From Eubacteriales bacterium (GTDB lineage Bacteria; Bacillota; Clostridia; Oscillospirales; CAG-272): 64,000 bases of DNA. Position numbers and translations under genes: made by a program. Shown piece by piece: positions 43,199 through 52,301 of this stretch; the stretch's first letter is position 1; every line of letters starts with the position of its first letter. Under the pieces are notes generated by a model. The model did not search any database. It was not told where the DNA came from and saw only the letters and a program-made list of their open reading frames with translations. The stretch is taken from the NCBI GenBank assembly GCA_045588165.1, contig JAZNDP010000066.1, positions 1,614 to 65,613 on the forward strand, written 5' to 3'.

Positions 43199-43720
43199 AT
43201 GATCGTCGACGTTGGTCCGCTTCTTCGAGGTGAGACAAAACGGCTGGAGATAGATTATATGCTGTCTCCCGAGCAGATGGACGGAATCACCTTTGATTCC
43301 GATGCTCGCGTTACCGGTTGTATTACCGATAACGCCGGATACATGCGCCTGACTTTGAAGGCTGAGATCGGCTACCACGGGGAATGTGCCAGATGTCTTG
43401 CTCCGGTTGACGGAGTTTTCTCTCTTGACTTCGAGCGCACGGTTGCCACCGAGGGGACGCTGACCGAGGAACAGCTGGAGGAGTCGGACGAGTACGTGGT
43501 GCTCAACGGTTCGGCGCTCGACGTGGATGAGCCTTTGAGAGAGGAGCTTTTGCTGGGATTTCCCATGCGTCTGCTCTGCTCCGAGGATTGTTCCGGACTG
43601 TGTCCGCATTGCGGAAAGCCGAAGCGGGATGGAGATTGCGGTTGCACGAGGAAGGAAATCGACCCGCGGCTGGCAATTCTCAAAACCTTTTTTGACGATG
43701 GCGAAGAAGAAAAGAATTAA
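43199..43720 (+). CDS. yceD: YceD/DUF177 (23S rRNA accumulation protein)
   Basis: CARCL...CSEDCSGLCPHCG...CGC motif. Canonical position upstream of rpmF. Confidence 0.88.
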   Translation: MIVDVGPLLRGETKRLEIDYMLSPEQMDGITFDSDARVTGCITDNAGYMRLTLKAEIGYHGECARCLAPVDGVFSLDFERTVATEGTLTEEQLEESDEYVVLNGSALDVDEPLREELLLGFPMRLLCSEDCSGLCPHCGKPKRDGDCGCTRKEIDPRLAILKTFFDDGEEEKN

Positions 43721-43766
43721 TTTATATAAATGAACGTGTTACACGCGCTTCAAGGAGGTGTAGATC

Positions 43767-43952
43767 ATGGCAGTACCGAAGAAGAAAGTATCGAAGGCTC
43801 GTAGAGACAAGAGACGCTCCAATAACTGGAAGCTGATGCTCCCCGGCATGACGAAGTGCCCCAAGTGCGGCGAATTCGTTATGAATCACCGTGTTTGCAA
43901 GGCTTGCGGATATTACGGCGGCAAGGAAGTGCTCAAGGTTGAGAGCAAATAA
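43767..43952 (+). CDS. rpmF: 50S ribosomal protein L32
   Basis: [22 protein letters not shown]...[20 protein letters not shown]. Confidence 0.97.
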   Translation: MAVPKKKVSKARRDKRRSNNWKLMLPGMTKCPKCGEFVMNHRVCKACGYYGGKEVLKVESK

Positions 43953-43962
43953 TTCAAAAGAG

Positions 43963-43997
43963 AGCGGCTTTGTTGACAAACAAGCCGCTTCTTTTTT
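43963..43997 (+). terminator. Rho-independent terminator after rpmF
   Basis: AGCGGCTTtGTT-gaca-AACAAGCCGCT followed by TCTTTTTT. Confidence 0.75.
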
Positions 43998-44010
43998 CAG
44001 GAGTGTACCG

Positions 44011-44592
44011 ATGAAAACAAAACTGTGGCGGATTTTACCGATGGTCCTTGCGCTGATGCTTTCTCTTGTCGCCTGTTCCCAAAGTGATGCGGCGGACGGG
44101 GTGGAATGGGTTGAGTACGACCTGGACTGTTTGGAAGAATATGTGACATTAGATACCTACGTGGGTCTTACGGTGACTCTATCCTCGGCTGACGAGGCAA
44201 AGGGGGAAGCAGTCTTTCGCACGGTGTTGGATCGGGCGCAGATTCATTCTTATCCGCAGGAGCAGCTGGACTACTACACGGCGCAGGAGCGGGCGAAATA
44301 TCGGTATCTGGAGCAGGAGATCTCTGAGGAGACTCTTCTTGCCGATGCGCGCGAGCTGGTCAAGGAGGATCTGGTCTACCGATATATTCTGAAGGATACG
44401 GGGATGTCCCTGACCGAGCGGGAAAAGACCGAGCTTTTTGATCGGTACGTAGAGAAATACGTCCGCACCTATGGATACAGCGCGGAATACGTCAGAGAGA
44501 ACATGAAGGATCTGGTGTATGAATCCATGCTGTACGACAAGACCATGGAATATCTGATTTTGAATAATACCTTTGCGACAGGTCAGGAATAA
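44011..44592 (+). CDS. Lipoprotein of unknown function
   Basis: MKTKLWRILPMVLALMLSLVAC lipobox. The upstream extension in the ORF track overlaps rpmF and was rejected. Confidence 0.65.
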   Translation: MKTKLWRILPMVLALMLSLVACSQSDAADGVEWVEYDLDCLEEYVTLDTYVGLTVTLSSADEAKGEAVFRTVLDRAQIHSYPQEQLDYYTAQERAKYRYLEQEISEETLLADARELVKEDLVYRYILKDTGMSLTEREKTELFDRYVEKYVRTYGYSAEYVRENMKDLVYESMLYDKTMEYLILNNTFATGQE

Positions 44593-44613
44593 GAAAAATA
44601 GAAAGAAACAAGC

Positions 44614-45384
44614 ATGAAAATTTTAGCGATTGGCGACGTGGTTGGCGCCAAAAGTATTGAATATTTGCAACAAACCCTTTGGAAGAAGCGGCAGGAACTT
44701 GGTGCCGATTTCGTTGTGGTGAACGGAGAGAATGCCACCGACATTCACGGAATCAGCGCTCCCGATGCGGGGAGGCTTATGGAGGCGGGAGCAGATCTTG
44801 TCACCCTTGGCAATCATACCTTTGGCAGACGAGATATCTGTCAGACACTCAATGATGCCGATTGGATTCTTCGCCCCGCCAATTATCCCCCTCTGGTACC
44901 GGGAAGCGGATATACGGTCTTAAATCTTTGCGGATGGCGGATCCTTTGTATCAACATTATGGGAACAGCGCTGATGGAGCCTCTTTCCTGTCCCTTTGCC
45001 ACCGTGGATCGGATTTTGGAGAGGGAGAAGGGAAGCTATGATTTCGCGCTGATGGATATTCACGCCGAGGCGACTTCGGAGAAGATCGCCCTTGCCCGCT
45101 ATTTTGACGGGCGAGTCCATATCATGTTCGGAACCCATACCCACGTGCAAACGGCTGACGAGCAGGTTCTCCCGGGTGGGAGCGGATATATTACCGATCT
45201 TGGTATGACGGGTCCTATGGACGGTGTCATCGGGTCGGACGCGGAGGGCGTGATTGAGCGCTTTCGCACAAAAATGCCGGTTCGGTTTCGGGTAGCGGAG
45301 GGAGAGATCCAAGCCCACGGAGCCCTCTTTGATTTGAATACCGATACCATGCGAGTCATGTCGGTTCGAAGAGTCCGATTTTGA
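44614..45384 (+). CDS. ymdB: YmdB-family metallophosphoesterase (TIGR00282; 2',3'-cyclic-nucleotide phosphodiesterase)
   Basis: MKILAIGDVVG, VVVNGENA, GNHTF, MDIHAEATSEK, GTHTHVQTAD. Confidence 0.9.
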   Translation: MKILAIGDVVGAKSIEYLQQTLWKKRQELGADFVVVNGENATDIHGISAPDAGRLMEAGADLVTLGNHTFGRRDICQTLNDADWILRPANYPPLVPGSGYTVLNLCGWRILCINIMGTALMEPLSCPFATVDRILEREKGSYDFALMDIHAEATSEKIALARYFDGRVHIMFGTHTHVQTADEQVLPGGSGYITDLGMTGPMDGVIGSDAEGVIERFRTKMPVRFRVAEGEIQAHGALFDLNTDTMRVMSVRRVRF

Positions 45385-45404
45385 CCCCGAGGAAAGGAGA
45401 AACT

Positions 45405-45791
45405 ATGGAGCCTATGCTGAACACCTATTCCACCGCGTCTCTGGCATATCTCGGAGACTGTGTGCTGGAGCTTTGCGTCAGACAGTATCTGGTGAAGAGC
45501 GGACTTTCCTCTTCGGCGTCCCTGAATAAAAAGGCGCTGGAATTTGTTCGCGCTACGGCACAGGCGGAGGCGATGAAACGAATCCTTCCCATTCTCTCGG
45601 AGGAGGAGGAGGCCGTGTTCCGCCGTGGGCGGAACGTGGGACATACCAATACTCCGAAATCCGCCACGGTTGCGGAGTATCGCGCTGCCACGGGAATGGA
45701 GGCACTCTTTGGCTGGTTGTATCTGGCACGACGGCAGGAGAGGATCGACGAATTGTTCTTGATCGCCTATGATCTTGCCAAATCCCACTAA
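45405..45791 (+). CDS. mrnC: Mini-ribonuclease III
   Basis: LAYLGDCVLEL, AQAEAMK, RRGRN. AAAGGAG SD before ATG 45405. Confidence 0.85.
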   Translation: MEPMLNTYSTASLAYLGDCVLELCVRQYLVKSGLSSSASLNKKALEFVRATAQAEAMKRILPILSEEEEAVFRRGRNVGHTNTPKSATVAEYRAATGMEALFGWLYLARRQERIDELFLIAYDLAKSH

Positions 45792-45824
45792 TACATGATC
45801 TCAATTAGGAAAGGAATAAATAAT

Positions 45825-46331
45825 ATGAACAACCCCATTATTAAAATCAACGTAAAGGACTTCGGTACGATGACTGCCGAGCTCTATCCCCTGCAGGCAC
45901 CCAAGACGGTTGCCAACTTTATAAAGCTTGCGGAGGAAGGATTCTTCTCCGGACTGATCTTTCACCGCGTGATCCGTGGCTTTATGATTCAGGGCGGCGG
46001 CTATACCGAGGAGATGGAGCACAAGGAGTGCGATGCGATTGCGGGTGAGTTCCGCGCCAACGGCTTTTCGCAGAATACCCTGAAGCACACCAGAGGCGTG
46101 CTTTCCATGGCGCGTACCTCCGACCCCAACTCGGCATCCTCCCAGTTCTTTGTGATGCATATGGACGCGCCCCATCTGGACAACCAGTACGCGGGCTTCG
46201 GTAAGGTCACCGAGGGCTTGGATGTTCTGGACGCGATTGCCAACACCCCCACAGGCAATTACGGCTGGTATATGCAGGACGTACCCCAGACTCCCGTGGT
46301 CATCGAGAGCATTGAGGTCGTGAGCAAATAA
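45825..46331 (+). CDS. Cyclophilin-type peptidyl-prolyl cis-trans isomerase
   Basis: FHRVIRGFMIQGGG, LSMARTSDPNSASSQFF, FGKV. Confidence 0.92.
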   Translation: MNNPIIKINVKDFGTMTAELYPLQAPKTVANFIKLAEEGFFSGLIFHRVIRGFMIQGGGYTEEMEHKECDAIAGEFRANGFSQNTLKHTRGVLSMARTSDPNSASSQFFVMHMDAPHLDNQYAGFGKVTEGLDVLDAIANTPTGNYGWYMQDVPQTPVVIESIEVVSK

Positions 46332-46344
46332 GGAAACGAATCAG

Positions 46345-46380
46345 GGCAGGTACACCGATCGGCGTACCTGCCCTTGTTAC
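46345..46380 (+). terminator. Hairpin terminator (weak T-tract)
   Basis: GGGCAGGTAC-accgatcggc-GTACCTGCCC followed by TTGTTA. Confidence 0.5.
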
Positions 46381-46415
46381 TGTAAAAAAACGCACAAAAA
46401 TTTTTTTGCCACCAA

Positions 46416-46444
46416 TTGACAAATCTTTCGAACCATGGTACAAT
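46416..46444 (+). promoter_or_regulatory. Sigma-A promoter for the AraC-family gene
   Basis: TTGACA, 17 bp, TGgTACAAT. Confidence 0.65.
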
Positions 46445-46507
46445 ATTGGTAAAATATAAGGCTTTTGAACGAAAAGACACGAAAAAAGCATAAAGAGGGT
46501 TAAGTCC

Positions 46508-47296
46508 ATGAAAAAATTTGACATATCCAATCTGGTGATCTCCCGCATCGTGAATATCTACAGCTATACGCTGGCACAGGATACTGAAGCAGAGGCTGTG
46601 GCGGAGCACTCCTTGCTGATCCTGAAGCGGCAGGGGCGCTCCAGCTACACGGTGGGGGGAGAGGAACATACCATCCAATCGGAGCAGGTACTTTTTCTTC
46701 CCGCGGGAACAGAATACTCCTTGTACGTTGACCGTCAGGGTGACTGCGCCGTGGTAGAATTCGACACCGTGGACACGGGTGAGGCACCCTGTGCGGGAGT
46801 TTATCTGACCGACTCGGAGGGGGATGTTGCCGCATCCTTTAAAAATCTGCTTTACTACTGGGCTCTCCGCGGTCCCGCCTACCACTCCAAGTGTCTGTCC
46901 GAGCTGTACGGCATGCTGACTCTGCTGTCCTCGATTCATTCCTATACGGATTCTCTGGCAGGAAAATACAGTCTGATCCACAAATCGGTGAAATATATCG
47001 AGAAGAATTATCGGAGACAGGATCTCTATACCCCCGATCTTGCCGAGATGTCGGGGATCGGAGAGACCTATTACCGCAACATCTTTATCGCGGTATTTGG
47101 AATGCCCCCTACGCGCTACGTACAGCAGTATCGGGTAGAAAAGGCAAAGGAGCTGTTGGTGGGAACCGACCTCTCCATGGAGGAGATCGCCCTGCGCGTC
47201 GGCTTTGCCAATTCCTCGTACTTCTGCAAGGTATTCAAATCCACCACGGGACTTACCCCCTCGGAGTTTTCCGAGAAGGGAAGACAAATCGGATAA
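46508..47296 (+). CDS. AraC family transcriptional regulator (cupin-like N-domain plus HTH)
   Basis: C-terminal MSGIGETYYRNIFIAVFGMPPTRYVQQYRVEKAKELL...VGFANSSYFCKVFKSTTGLTPSEF. Confidence 0.9.
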   Translation: MKKFDISNLVISRIVNIYSYTLAQDTEAEAVAEHSLLILKRQGRSSYTVGGEEHTIQSEQVLFLPAGTEYSLYVDRQGDCAVVEFDTVDTGEAPCAGVYLTDSEGDVAASFKNLLYYWALRGPAYHSKCLSELYGMLTLLSSIHSYTDSLAGKYSLIHKSVKYIEKNYRRQDLYTPDLAEMSGIGETYYRNIFIAVFGMPPTRYVQQYRVEKAKELLVGTDLSMEEIALRVGFANSSYFCKVFKSTTGLTPSEFSEKGRQIG

Positions 47297-47316
47297 GATC
47301 GGCTCAATCAAAAAAG

Positions 47317-47348
47317 GATCCCCTTCACAAGGAAGGGGATCTTTTTTT
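47317..47348. terminator. Bidirectional terminator
   Basis: GATCCCCTT-cacagg-AAGGGGATC followed by TTTTTTT. Confidence 0.8.
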
Positions 47349-47349
47349 G

Positions 47350-49281
47350 TTATCTACGGCTTTTGCCTCGCTTGGGAGCAGACATCTTTTTCTTTGAGGA
47401 GATTTTTCCTTTTTCGGATCGACCATCGCTTTTCTTTCGTTGAGCTTGCGTACGGGATGCAGGCTTTCGTTGCGCTGACTCTCCCCGTTCGGGGCGAACG
47501 AGACATTCGGGTCCGTAGCCGATCAGATCCTCTCTGCCGAGCTTTACGAGAGCCTCTCGGACGAGAGGGGCGTTTTGGGGACGGTTATACTGAAGCAGGG
47601 CGCGTTGCAGCTGCTTTTCGTGGTAGTCGGTGGCAACGTAGACGGGCTTCATATCCATGGGGTTTATTCCCGTATAAAACATCACCGTAGAGGCGGTTCC
47701 GGGGGTGGGATAGTAGTCCTGCACCTGTTCGGGGGCGTAATGATCCCGCTTGAGGCAGAGGGCAAGCTCCAGCGCGTCCTTCAAAGTAGAGCCGGGATGG
47801 CTGGACATGAGGTAGGGAACCAGATATTGCTCTTTACATACCGATTTGGTGATCTCAAAATACCGTTTGCGGAACCGCTCGTATACGGAAAAGTCCGGTT
47901 TTCCCATGCAACGGAGAACGGCAGCAGAGCAATGCTCCGGGGCTACCTTCAGCTGACCGCTGACGTTGTCTCGAACCAGCTTTTGGAAGAATGCTTCATT
48001 TTTATCCTAAAGCAGATAGTCAAAGCGGATTCCCGATCGGATAAACACTTTTTTGATCTTTGGGATCTTTTCGATCTCCTCGATCATATGTAGGTATTCG
48101 CTGTGATCTACCCGCAGATTTTTGCAGGGCGTGGGAGCGAGACATTTGCGGGAGGCGCAAACGCCGTTTTTCAGCTGTTGCTCACAGGCGGGATAGCGGA
48201 AATTCGCCGTAGGACCGCCTACATCGTGGATATACCCCTTGAAATCGGGAAGCTCCGTGATCTTTCTTGCCTCGGCAAGCACACTCTCTACGCTGCGGGA
48301 ACGAACCGTCCGTCCCTGATGAAATGCCAGCGCGCAGAAATTGCAGGCACCAAAGCAGCCTCGATTGTGGGTGATGGAGAAGCGCACCTCCTCGATGGCG
48401 GGAACACCGCCTACCGACGCATAGGAGGGGTGATAGGTACGCATATAGGGAAGGGCATAGACGTGGTCCAGCTCCTGCCGCTCCAAGGGGGGCATAGGCG
48501 GATTCTGCACCAGAAGCTTGTCATCATACCGCTCCAGAATGGCTTTTCCATTGATGGAATCCTGATTTTTATACTGAATGCCAAAGGCCTCGGCATAGGC
48601 GCGTTTGTCGGTTTTTAACTTGTTGTAGTCAAGGGTAGCCGCCACCTCGTAATGCACGGGCTCTTCGGGTCGGCAGAGATAGACGGTGCCGCGCACGTCG
48701 CGAATCTTGCGGATGGGAACACCCTTGTCCAAAAGACGGGCAACGCGCAAAAGAATATTTTCTCCCATGCCGTAGGTCAGAAGATCGGCGCGGGAATCCA
48801 CCAAGATGGATCGGCGCACCGAATCCGACCAATAGTCGTAATGGGCAAAGCGGCGCAGAGATGCCTCCAGTCCTCCGATGATCACGGGAACGTCACCGTA
48901 TGCCTCACGGATTCGATTGCAGTAGACGATGGTGGCGCGATCGGGACGAAGCCCCGCTTTTCCACCGGGAGAGTAGTAGTCGTAGGTTCTTTTTTTCTTG
49001 GCGGCGGTATAATGAGCAACCATGGAATCGATATTTCCGGCAGTGACCAGAAACCCAAGGCGGGGTTTTCCAAACTCCCGAAAGGCGTCACAGCTTTTAT
49101 AGTCGGGCTGGGAGAGAATGGCAACACGAAAGCCCGCGTCCTCCAGAACACGGGAAATAATCGACACGCCAAAGCTGGGGTGATCCACGTAGGCGTCCCC
49201 CGTAACGTAGACGAAATCGGGGCGGTCCCACCCAAGGGCAGTCATTTCTTTTTTAGAGATCGGTAAAAATCCGGTGCTCAT
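47350..49281 (-). pseudogene. ygiQ: YgiQ-family radical SAM protein (UPF0313) interrupted by one in-frame TAG at 48009-48007
   Basis: ORFs 48007..49326 and 47350..47907 are in the same frame. The 33 codons between them (DKNEAFFQKLVRDNVSGQLKVAPEHCSAAVLRC) read through with no further stop. [11 protein letters not shown] is the radical-SAM motif. AAGGAG SD before ATG 49281. Confidence 0.8.
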
Positions 49282-49357
49282 ACGGACTCCTTTTCTGAAG
49301 ATTGGTTTCTGGATATAGTATAACATAAAATCGGCAATTTGTAAATAACAAATACTG

Positions 49358-49386
49358 TTGCTTTTTTAAAAGTGTTATGATATAAT
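49358..49386 (+). promoter_or_regulatory. Sigma-A promoter for the DUF1538/P-II operon
   Basis: TTGCTT, 17 bp, TATAAT. Confidence 0.65.
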
Positions 49387-49418
49387 GGATATGATGTTCA
49401 TAGGAAGGAAGGGAATCC

Positions 49419-50966
49419 ATGCGTTTTTTGAATCAAACGGTGCTTCGGGAAAAGATCGGTGAAGCCCTTAAGTCGGTTTTGCCTATTACCGGAATCGTTT
49501 TCCTACTGTTGATTACTTTTGTTCCTGTTTCCGCCGCCATGATGCTGTCCTTTGCCATGGGAAGTGTGATGCTGGTGGTTGGAATGGGGCTGTTTAATTT
49601 GGGCGCGGAGGCTGCCATGACGCCCATGGGAGAATACGTGGGCTCGAAGATGACCGCATCTCGAAGGCTGTGGTTCGTTATTTTTGTCTCTCTGTTCGTG
49701 GGCGTGATGATCACGGTATCCGAGCCGGATCTGCAGGTATTGGCGTCACAAATTCCCGCGATCCCCAATATGGTACTGATCCTGACGGTTGGCATGGGCG
49801 TTGGACTGTTTTTGGTGATCGCGATGCTTCGCGTTCTTTTTCGAATCCGACTCAAATATCTGCTGCTGTTCTTTTATGCTATTGTGCTGGGACTTGCCTT
49901 TTTCGTTCCCGAGAGCTTTCGCGCTGTTTCCTTTGACTCGGGCGGAGTGACTACGGGACCGATGACGGTGCCCTTTATTATGGCGCTTGGCGTAGGTGTT
50001 GCCTCTATTTCCGCTGACGGTACGGGGGACGATAACTTTGGTATGGTGGCGCTTTGCTCGGTGGGACCGATTCTGGCCGTGATGATCCTTGGCATGATTT
50101 ATCAAGTAGAGGGACAGACTCCTCCGGTATATCCCATGCCAACCGCGGATAACTCGCGGGAGATTATGGCAGTATTCTTGGAGGAAATTCCTCACTACAT
50201 GCTGGAAATGACCATTGCGCTGGGGCCGATCGTTCTGTTTTATCTGCTGTTCCGATTACTGACAGGCGGCGGTGGCGCGGGCGGTTTGGGCAAGACCATG
50301 ATGGGTGTGCTTTATACCTATGTGGGACTCGTGCTTTTCCTGACGGGTGTTAACGTGGGCTTTATGCCCCTGGGTAACTATCTTGGAAACGCGTTGGCGA
50401 GCTCGGCGTGGCGGTGGATGATCATTCCTCTCGGTATGCTGATCGGTTATTTTATCGTTTCGGCAGAGCCGGCGGTTCACGTGCTACGGAAACAGGTGGA
50501 GGAGGTTACGGCAGGAACGATTCGCGGAAGCGTGTTGGGAGGCGCCTTGGCAATCGGCGTGGCGGCTTCGGTTGGAATCGCGATGCTTCGCGTTCTGACC
50601 GGCGTATCGATTCTGTGGATTGTAATTCCCGGATATGCCATTGCCCTGATCCTTTCCTTTTTCGTGCCCGACATTTTTACGTCTATTGCCTTTGACTCGG
50701 GCGGAGTCGCCTCGGGTCCCATGACGGCAACCTTCCTGTTGCCCTTTGCCATGGGCGCCAGCGAAGCGGCGGGCGGAGGCGCGGGAGACGCCTTTGGCGT
50801 CATCGCGCTGGTTGCAATGACACCACTGATTACCATTCAGATCCTCGGTCTGATCTACAAGCTTCGTTCCAAACAGAGTGAAGCGGAAGAGCAGGAAGAG
50901 GTGGATACCGCGCAGACGGTGATCGATGTGCGGGATCCGTCGGACGATGATATTATCGATCTGTAA
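49419..50966 (+). CDS. DUF1538 family polytopic membrane protein (two internal repeats)
   Basis: About 12 TM. Repeated FDSGGVTTGPMTVPF and FDSGGVASGPMTATF re-entrant-like motifs. Acidic C-terminal tail. Confidence 0.8.
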   Translation: MRFLNQTVLREKIGEALKSVLPITGIVFLLLITFVPVSAAMMLSFAMGSVMLVVGMGLFNLGAEAAMTPMGEYVGSKMTASRRLWFVIFVSLFVGVMITVSEPDLQVLASQIPAIPNMVLILTVGMGVGLFLVIAMLRVLFRIRLKYLLLFFYAIVLGLAFFVPESFRAVSFDSGGVTTGPMTVPFIMALGVGVASISADGTGDDNFGMVALCSVGPILAVMILGMIYQVEGQTPPVYPMPTADNSREIMAVFLEEIPHYMLEMTIALGPIVLFYLLFRLLTGGGGAGGLGKTMMGVLYTYVGLVLFLTGVNVGFMPLGNYLGNALASSAWRWMIIPLGMLIGYFIVSAEPAVHVLRKQVEEVTAGTIRGSVLGGALAIGVAASVGIAMLRVLTGVSILWIVIPGYAIALILSFFVPDIFTSIAFDSGGVASGPMTATFLLPFAMGASEAAGGGAGDAFGVIALVAMTPLITIQILGLIYKLRSKQSEAEEQEEVDTAQTVIDVRDPSDDDIIDL

Positions 50967-50976
50967 GGGAGGCATT

Positions 50977-51672
50977 ATGAATCATTTATATTGGCTGATC
51001 ACGATTGTTCAGCGATCGGATATGGAGGAATACGAGGGGTTTTATCTGGAGCACGGTGTTGACGTGACCTATAGCGTTCTCTGTAACGGCACGGCACGGG
51101 AGAAGACCCTGAGTGTATTGGGGATAGAGAAGACCGAAAAGGCAATGCTGTTTGCCGTGGTAAACGGAATTACCCTCAAGAAGCTTTGCCGAGCTCTGAC
51201 GGTAGAGATGAAGATTGATCTTCCCAACCGAGGCGTTGCCATGGCGGTTCCCATGTCGGGAATCGGGGGTATGAGAACGATGGAATATTTCACAGCGGGG
51301 CAGGAACAGCCCCCCGAAGAAAGAGAGGAAAACTATATGCAATCCGAGCATGAGCTGATCGTAGCGATCTACGAAAAGGGATATACCGATCTGGTAATGG
51401 ACGCCGCCCGTGAGGCGGGAGCGGGAGGTGGAACCACCATTCGCGCCAAGGGAACTGCGGCGAGTGCTGCCAAGTTCTTTGGTCTTTCCATTGCCGAGGA
51501 GAAGGAGATCGTCTTCATCGTATCGAACAGCGATCGCCGCAAAGAGATCATGAAGGCGATTATGCAGAAGGCGGGAATCGACACCAAGGCTCACGCCGTA
51601 GTATTCTCCCTTCCCGTGTCCGGGACGGCGGGCTTCCGCTTTGCCGACGCGGTGGACAAGGAAGAAGAATAA
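50977..51672 (+). CDS. Tandem (fused) P-II-like signal-transduction protein
   Basis: GGGAGG SD 10 nt after the DUF1538 stop. Two about 100-aa halves (LYWLITIVQRS... and ELIVAIYEKGYTDLVMDAAREAGAGGGTTIRAKG...) each look like a P-II ferredoxin-like fold. Confidence 0.6.
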   Translation: MNHLYWLITIVQRSDMEEYEGFYLEHGVDVTYSVLCNGTAREKTLSVLGIEKTEKAMLFAVVNGITLKKLCRALTVEMKIDLPNRGVAMAVPMSGIGGMRTMEYFTAGQEQPPEEREENYMQSEHELIVAIYEKGYTDLVMDAAREAGAGGGTTIRAKGTAASAAKFFGLSIAEEKEIVFIVSNSDRRKEIMKAIMQKAGIDTKAHAVVFSLPVSGTAGFRFADAVDKEEE

Positions 51673-51692
51673 GGCATTGATAAGAGAAAAAA

Positions 51693-51742
51693 GCCGGCTT
51701 GGCGCACCTACGATAGAGCAGGTGCACCAAGCCGGCGTTTTT
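51693..51742. terminator. Strong bidirectional terminator
   Basis: GCCGGCTTGGcGCACCT...AGGTGCaCCAAGCCGGC about 17-bp stem with one central C/A mismatch, followed by GTTTTT. Confidence 0.85.
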
Positions 51743-51743
51743 C

Positions 51744-52301
51744 TTATGCTTTATTCACTTGATATCGGTCGTATTCTCCGCCAAACAGATCAAAGAAGGT
51801 AAATACGCCGTTTTCGTATAGAATATAGCTTTTTGGAGAGCTCTCCTTGGGGATTGACGTGGAACCGGGGTTGATATAGACGTTACCGTTCCCAAAAGGA
51901 ATTGCCACAGGGACGTGGGTATGTCCGTGGAGCAGAATATCTCCCTTTTTCAGAGGGGGAAGGGCTGCGGTGTTGAATTTGTGTCCGTGGGTGGCAAAAA
52001 TTGTCAGCCCGTCTGTTGAAAGATAGGCGTAATCAGACAGAATAGGAAATTCCAGTACCATCTGGTCTACCTCGGTGTCACAGTTTCCGCGAACGCAAAG
52101 AAGCTCCTCCTTCACAGAATTCAGCAGGTCGATCACCGATTTCGGCGCGTATCCGTCCGGCAGATTGTTTCGCGGTCCGTGGTAAAGAAGATCTCCCAGC
52201 AGGATCAGCTTCTCGGCACCCGATTCGCGGTAACGGGCAATGAGCTGCTCCGCGCAAGCGTAGTCACCGTGAATATCTGACGCGATCATCCATTTGCTCA
52301 T
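51744..52301 (-). CDS. yfcE: YfcE/MJ0936-family phosphodiesterase
   Basis: SDIHGD, LLGDLLYHGPRN, GNCD, HGH, GHTH metallophosphoesterase motifs. ATGA overlap with proA. Confidence 0.85.
   Translation of the reverse strand: MSKWMIASDIHGDYACAEQLIARYRESGAEKLILLGDLLYHGPRNNLPDGYAPKSVIDLLNSVKEELLCVRGNCDTEVDQMVLEFPILSDYAYLSTDGLTIFATHGHKFNTAALPPLKKGDILLHGHTHVPVAIPFGNGNVYINPGSTSIPKESSPKSYILYENGVFTFFDLFGGEYDRYQVNKA

Noticed and set aside
43891-44010. Upstream extension of the 44011 lipoprotein ORF (233-aa version).
   Set aside because: It overlaps the rpmF coding region and its terminator. The signal peptide and lipobox start at the ATG at 44011, which has its own SD.
48007-48009. The in-frame TAG as a pyrrolysine or recoded sense codon.
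   Set aside because: No pyl genes or PYLIS-like context are visible in the window. TAG terminates ptsI normally at a position consistent with a full-length protein. A nonsense mutation or sequencing error is more parsimonious.
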